Below, piece by piece: positions 15,876 to 20,000 of a stretch of 20,000 nt of DNA. The position numbers and the translations under genes were made by a program. Below the pieces are notes generated by a model, which made no database searches, had not been told where the DNA came from, and saw nothing but the letters and a program-made list of their open reading frames with translations. The first letter of the stretch is position 1. Each line of letters starts with the position of its first letter. The stretch lies in sequence record SRR31156797_1896. One strand, written 5' to 3'.

Positions 15876-16640
15876 ATGAACTTAACTAATTTATCTCGCA
15901 CCGTTTTAATACTGGGCTTTTTAATACTTCTAAGCCCGGTATTAGCACAAAGTGAAAATGCCACAGATATTGTGCGCAAATCTGACCAACTGATGCAGGG
16001 AGATTCCTACATCAGTACGATGACAATGAAAATTGTTCGTCCTTCATGGGATCGAACTATTACATTTAAAAGCTGGGGTAAAGGTAGAGAGCTTGCTCTT
16101 ACCTATATCCAGGCCCCGGCAGCCGATAAAGGGCAAACATTTTTGAAAAGAAATAATGAAATGTGGACATGGAACCCTAAAATAAATCGACTGATAAAGC
16201 TCCCACCCTCAATGCTTGCTCAAGGTTGGATGGGATCTGATTATTCAAATGATGATATTTTAAAAGAGTCCAGTATAGTTGTTGACTATAACCATAAAAT
16301 ATTAAAAGAAGAGGTATATGAAGGGTTTGACTGTTGGGTAATTGAAATGATTCCAAAACAAGACGCTGCTGTGGTATGGGGTAAAGTAATTAGCTATATC
16401 GCAAAAGGGAAATACTTTCCAATGAAAGTTGAATACTACAGTGAAGATGGTGAGTTAGTAAAAAGTCACTTGAATTCAGAAGTGAAGAAAATGGATGATA
16501 GAGAAATTCCCACAAAAACCATCGTCCAGCCGGCTGATGATCCTGATAAGCAAACAATTGTAATCATTGATAGAATGGAGTTCAATATGAATCTTCAGGA
16601 TAAATTCTTTTCACAACAGAATATGAAACGTGTTCGATAA
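15876..16640 (+). CDS. Outer-membrane lipoprotein-sorting (LolA-like) periplasmic protein
   Basis: Signal peptide …VLA|Q; motifs APAADKGQTFLK, MWTWNP, QGWMGSDYSNDD and a C-terminal FFSQQNMKR, typical of the LolA-like family found with ABC permeases. Confidence 0.88.
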   Translation: MNLTNLSRTVLILGFLILLSPVLAQSENATDIVRKSDQLMQGDSYISTMTMKIVRPSWDRTITFKSWGKGRELALTYIQAPAADKGQTFLKRNNEMWTWNPKINRLIKLPPSMLAQGWMGSDYSNDDILKESSIVVDYNHKILKEEVYEGFDCWVIEMIPKQDAAVVWGKVISYIAKGKYFPMKVEYYSEDGELVKSHLNSEVKKMDDREIPTKTIVQPADDPDKQTIVIIDRMEFNMNLQDKFFSQQNMKRVR

Positions 16641-16657
16641 TTTTAAAAGCTTAGATT

Positions 16658-18070
16658 ATGAAGAATTTTATAATGGCATGGCGCAATATCTGGCGTAATA
16701 AGCGAAGAACACTCATTACAATAGCTTCAATATTTTTTGCAGTATTCTTTGCAGTTATTATGAGGTCATTTCAATTAGGATCTTATGATCACATGATACA
16801 CCAGGCTATTGAGTCATTCACAGGATATGTGCAAATCCAAAATAAAGAATATTTCTATACCCCGGAACTAAATAACAGTTTTGAGTATAGTAATGAATTA
16901 ATAGAAACGGTTAATTCAACAGAGAATGTAGAAATTGCAGTACCCAGAGTTGAATCATTTGCATTAGCATCAAGTGGTGTGCAGTCAAAAGGTGTTTTAC
17001 TTACTGGAATTGATATCGAAAAAGAGGCTGATCTATCAAATCCTGAGAATCGACTTGTAAAATACAGGCTCACTCCTGAAATAGTTCAGTCAATTATTGA
17101 TACAACTGACTTGCCTGAGAAACAAGTTGAGTTGCTAAAAGCTAATGAGAAGAGCTCATATAGCTCACTTTCAAGAGTGTCGTTAGATTTAGATTTAGAT
17201 TCAGATCTTGAGGAACTACTCTTTCCTATAATAAAAGATAAAGCTTCATTTACTTCATATTACCTGAATAAAAATGATGATGGAATATTAGTGTCTGATC
17301 GTTTAGCTCGCTATTTAAAAGTTGGAATAGGTGATACTGTTGTATTAATGGGAGCCGGCTATCATGGTTATAATGCAGCCGATGTATTTCCTGTGAGGGG
17401 AATTGTAAAGCTGTTATCTCCCGATCTTGATAATAAATTGATATACATGACACTGCAGAAGTCGCAGGAGTTTTTCGGATTATCAAATCGTATTACTTCG
17501 CTCAATATAAATTTAGACGATACTGATGATATGTTAGAAACACAGAAGGAGTTGCAGTCTAAAATTGGTGATGAATCATTCTCAGTTAAAAACTGGGAGG
17601 AGTTTAATCCGACTATGAAACAACAGATTGAAGGCGACAGTGTAGGAGGAGTGATTTTCATTGCAATACTATATTTTATCATTCTCTTTGGAATTATTGG
17701 TACTGTATTGATGATGATAGCAGAGCGTAAACGCGAGTTGGGTGTGATGGTTGCTATTGGAATGTCTAGATTTAAACTAAGTCTCATTCTGATTTATGAG
17801 ATGATTTTCATGGGATTAATAGGAACCATTTTAGGATTAATTGCATCAGCTCCTATTGTGTGGTTTGGTAACAAAAATCCAATTAAACTTACTGGTGAGT
17901 TAGCAAAAATGATGGAGGATATGGGATTTGATCCCGTTATGCCATTAGCCTGGTTTGACCAGTATTTTCTATGGCAGGCATTCATTGTGATGTTAATGGT
18001 AATAATTGCGTGTTATATACCACTGCGAAGGGTAAGAAGAATGAGAGTTATTAAAGCATTACGTGCATAA
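16658..18070 (+). CDS. ABC transporter permease, MacB/FtsX/LolE type (with periplasmic insertion)
   Basis: AWRNIWRNKRRT, TM1, a large periplasmic domain, ERKRELGVMVAIGM and three C-terminal TMs. Confidence 0.92.
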   Translation: MKNFIMAWRNIWRNKRRTLITIASIFFAVFFAVIMRSFQLGSYDHMIHQAIESFTGYVQIQNKEYFYTPELNNSFEYSNELIETVNSTENVEIAVPRVESFALASSGVQSKGVLLTGIDIEKEADLSNPENRLVKYRLTPEIVQSIIDTTDLPEKQVELLKANEKSSYSSLSRVSLDLDLDSDLEELLFPIIKDKASFTSYYLNKNDDGILVSDRLARYLKVGIGDTVVLMGAGYHGYNAADVFPVRGIVKLLSPDLDNKLIYMTLQKSQEFFGLSNRITSLNINLDDTDDMLETQKELQSKIGDESFSVKNWEEFNPTMKQQIEGDSVGGVIFIAILYFIILFGIIGTVLMMIAERKRELGVMVAIGMSRFKLSLILIYEMIFMGLIGTILGLIASAPIVWFGNKNPIKLTGELAKMMEDMGFDPVMPLAWFDQYFLWQAFIVMLMVIIACYIPLRRVRRMRVIKALRA

Positions 18071-18085
18071 TTAAATTAGAAGAAA

Positions 18086-19510
18086 ATGATTTGGAATATC
18101 GCATGGAAAAACGTTTGGCGCAATAAATCCAGAAGTCTGGTTGTAATTATAGCAGTTACGCTTGGAACTATTTCTGGAATTTTAGTCGCCGGTATTATGA
18201 AAGGCTGGGTCGATCAAAGAATCCACGCAGCAATTCATACAGAAGTATCGCATATAAAAATGCAGAACCCTTTGTATTTGAATAATGAAGAAATAAAATA
18301 TACAATTCCTGAATATGAATCAATTGCAGATTATTTGGCCAAATCAGATGAGGTTAAAGAATGGACGAAGCATACTAAAATTGTTTCAATGGCCAGTACT
18401 TCTAGAGGGAATACCGCTTTAACACTAAAAGGTATTGATGTCGATGAGGAAATGAAGGTTTCAGATGTTTATACCCAAATAGTTGACAATGCAGGGACCT
18501 ATTTTAAGTCTAATTATAAAAATCCAATTGTAATAAGCGAAAAGACTGCTGATCAATTACGATTAATTAATTACAAAGTTACTGATGAACTAATTGATTC
18601 AATTAAAACTATTAATGCTCCTGAAGCCCTTATCACTAATCTTGAATCAATTAAAAATAAAAAGTTTTATACTGAAAAGAAGTTTAAAGCAATGCTCAAA
18701 GAGCATTTATCATCCAGTCAAATAGATGATTATGGAGCTGAAATAATGAAGTTGGCAAAAGATTATAGAGTTGGATCTAAAATCGTCTTCACTTTTACGG
18801 GCTTAGATGGAGAAATGTCTTATCAATCTTTTAAAGTATGTGGAATTTATAAAACGTCCAATACTATGTTTGATCAGATGAATGCTTTCGTAAAAAAGGA
18901 ATCAATTGCTGATTTGGCTGGTTTTCAACCTGGTGATTATCATGAAATTAATATTATTTTAAATAATCCCGAAAACCTAGCAGAGTTTTATGATGATTTG
19001 AAAGCGGAATTTCCAGATGTAAGTGTCATGAGTTGGAAAGAGTTGGCTCCAGATGCCGGTATGATGGCTGACTTTATGGCAATTTACTATTATATGATTA
19101 TGGGAGTTATATTCTTTGCTTTAGCTTTTGGTATTATTAATACTATGCTTATGGCTGTACTTGAAAGAATAAAAGAGTTGGGTATGTTGATGGCAGTTGG
19201 TATGAATAAACGTCGTGTGTTTAGCATGATTATGCTTGAAACAATCTTTTTAACTATAGTAGGCAGTATCGCAGGAATGCTAATCGGAGGTTTGCTAATT
19301 GCAGTTTTTGGCCAGGTCGGGCTGAATTTTGCTTCCGTGCAGGAAGGCTTTGAAGCTTTTGGTTGGTCAGCTATAGTTTACCCAAATATTGATGTTAGCT
19401 TTTTCATTGGAGTAACTATAATGGTTATCGTAATTGCAATTTTATCATCCATTATTCCAGCCCGAAAAGCACTTAAACTAAATCCTGTAGAAGCTATTAG
19501 AACTGAATAA
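18086..19510 (+). CDS. ABC transporter permease, MacB/FtsX/LolE type (with periplasmic insertion)
   Basis: AWKNVWRNKSRS, ERIKELGMLMAVGM and PARKALKLNPVEAIR. Confidence 0.92.
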   Translation: MIWNIAWKNVWRNKSRSLVVIIAVTLGTISGILVAGIMKGWVDQRIHAAIHTEVSHIKMQNPLYLNNEEIKYTIPEYESIADYLAKSDEVKEWTKHTKIVSMASTSRGNTALTLKGIDVDEEMKVSDVYTQIVDNAGTYFKSNYKNPIVISEKTADQLRLINYKVTDELIDSIKTINAPEALITNLESIKNKKFYTEKKFKAMLKEHLSSSQIDDYGAEIMKLAKDYRVGSKIVFTFTGLDGEMSYQSFKVCGIYKTSNTMFDQMNAFVKKESIADLAGFQPGDYHEINIILNNPENLAEFYDDLKAEFPDVSVMSWKELAPDAGMMADFMAIYYYMIMGVIFFALAFGIINTMLMAVLERIKELGMLMAVGMNKRRVFSMIMLETIFLTIVGSIAGMLIGGLLIAVFGQVGLNFASVQEGFEAFGWSAIVYPNIDVSFFIGVTIMVIVIAILSSIIPARKALKLNPVEAIRTE

Positions 19511-19532
19511 TTAACCTGTAAAACTAGAAATC

Positions 19533-20000
19533 ATGAAAGTAATAGATATAAAGAACTTAACTAAGATTTACAACGAGTCCGAAGTAAAAGTTAAAGCTGT
19601 CGACAATGTGAGTATTTCATTTGAAGAAGGAGAGTTTGCAGCTATTGTAGGCCCTTCTGGATCAGGAAAAACAACATTATTGAATATGGTAGGCGGATTA
19701 GATAAACCAACCGAAGGTGAGATAATTATTGACAATATTAATATTGGAGCATTGAAATCTTCTGAATTGATTGACTTTAGGTTGAAAAATATTGGTTTTG
19801 TTTTTCAGGCTTATAACCTGATACCGGTTTTAACGGCTAAAGAAAATGTGGAGTTTATTATGGATTTGCAAGGAAGAAGTAAATTGGAACGCAATCAGCG
19901 TGTATTAGCTTTGCTTGAAGCTGTGGGATTGAAGGAAAGAGCAAATGCCCGCCCTTCAAAACTATCCGGTGGACAGCAACAAAGAGTTGCTGTTGCAAGA
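19533..20000 (+). CDS. ABC transporter ATP-binding protein (LolD/MacB-like), 3'-truncated by the window; absent from the ORF track
   Basis: Hand translation from ATG 19533: MKVIDIKNLTKIY…GPSGSGKTT (Walker A)…IGFVFQAYNLIP (Q-loop)…LSGGQQQRVAVAR (signature), open to the window end. Confidence 0.95.
   Translation, partial: MKVIDIKNLTKIYNESEVKVKAVDNVSISFEEGEFAAIVGPSGSGKTTLLNMVGGLDKPTEGEIIIDNINIGALKSSELIDFRLKNIGFVFQAYNLIPVLTAKENVEFIMDLQGRSKLERNQRVLALLEAVGLKERANARPSKLSGGQQQRVAVAR

Noticed and set aside
1114-17985. Short antisense or alternative-frame ORFs (1114-1299, 4388-4591, 4540-4791, 5163-5363, 5385-5603, 6128-6331, 6842-7024, 8587-8883, 13527-13745, 14655-14858, 15505-15789, 16855-17073, 17250-17486, 17368-17787, 17794-17985)
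   Set aside because: All lie largely within well-supported genes and show no motifs, so they are treated as shadow ORFs.

Overview
AT-rich chromosomal window from a Bacteroidota genome, probably Bacteroidales/Marinilabiliales-like. The assignment is inferred from a T9SS C-terminal domain, TAnnTTTG promoter boxes, signal peptides cleaved before Gln, and rluD-ddl synteny. Gene order: rluD (5'-truncated), ddl and a DUF429-like nuclease on the + strand; then a minus-strand block of three exported LPP20/FlgT-N-like proteins, a PAS-SpoIIE phosphatase, a tiny PID-CTERM-like protein and a large T9SS cargo protein. These are followed by a divergent wza-wzc pair with no biosynthesis genes beside it, an NhaC-family transporter, and a TetR-headed operon (LolA-like protein, two MacB/LolE-type permeases, and an ATPase cut by the window end). 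No mobile element, RNA gene or CRISPR array was seen. Best leads: (1) the T9SS cargo + PID-CTERM micro-protein operon facing wza-wzc; (2) the trio of LPP20/FlgT-like envelope proteins; (3) a related ~62-aa helical module inserted at different sites in both ABC permeases; (4) three copies of a TetR-type operator, two of which cover the predicted promoter. All family assignments come from motif recognition, not database searches.
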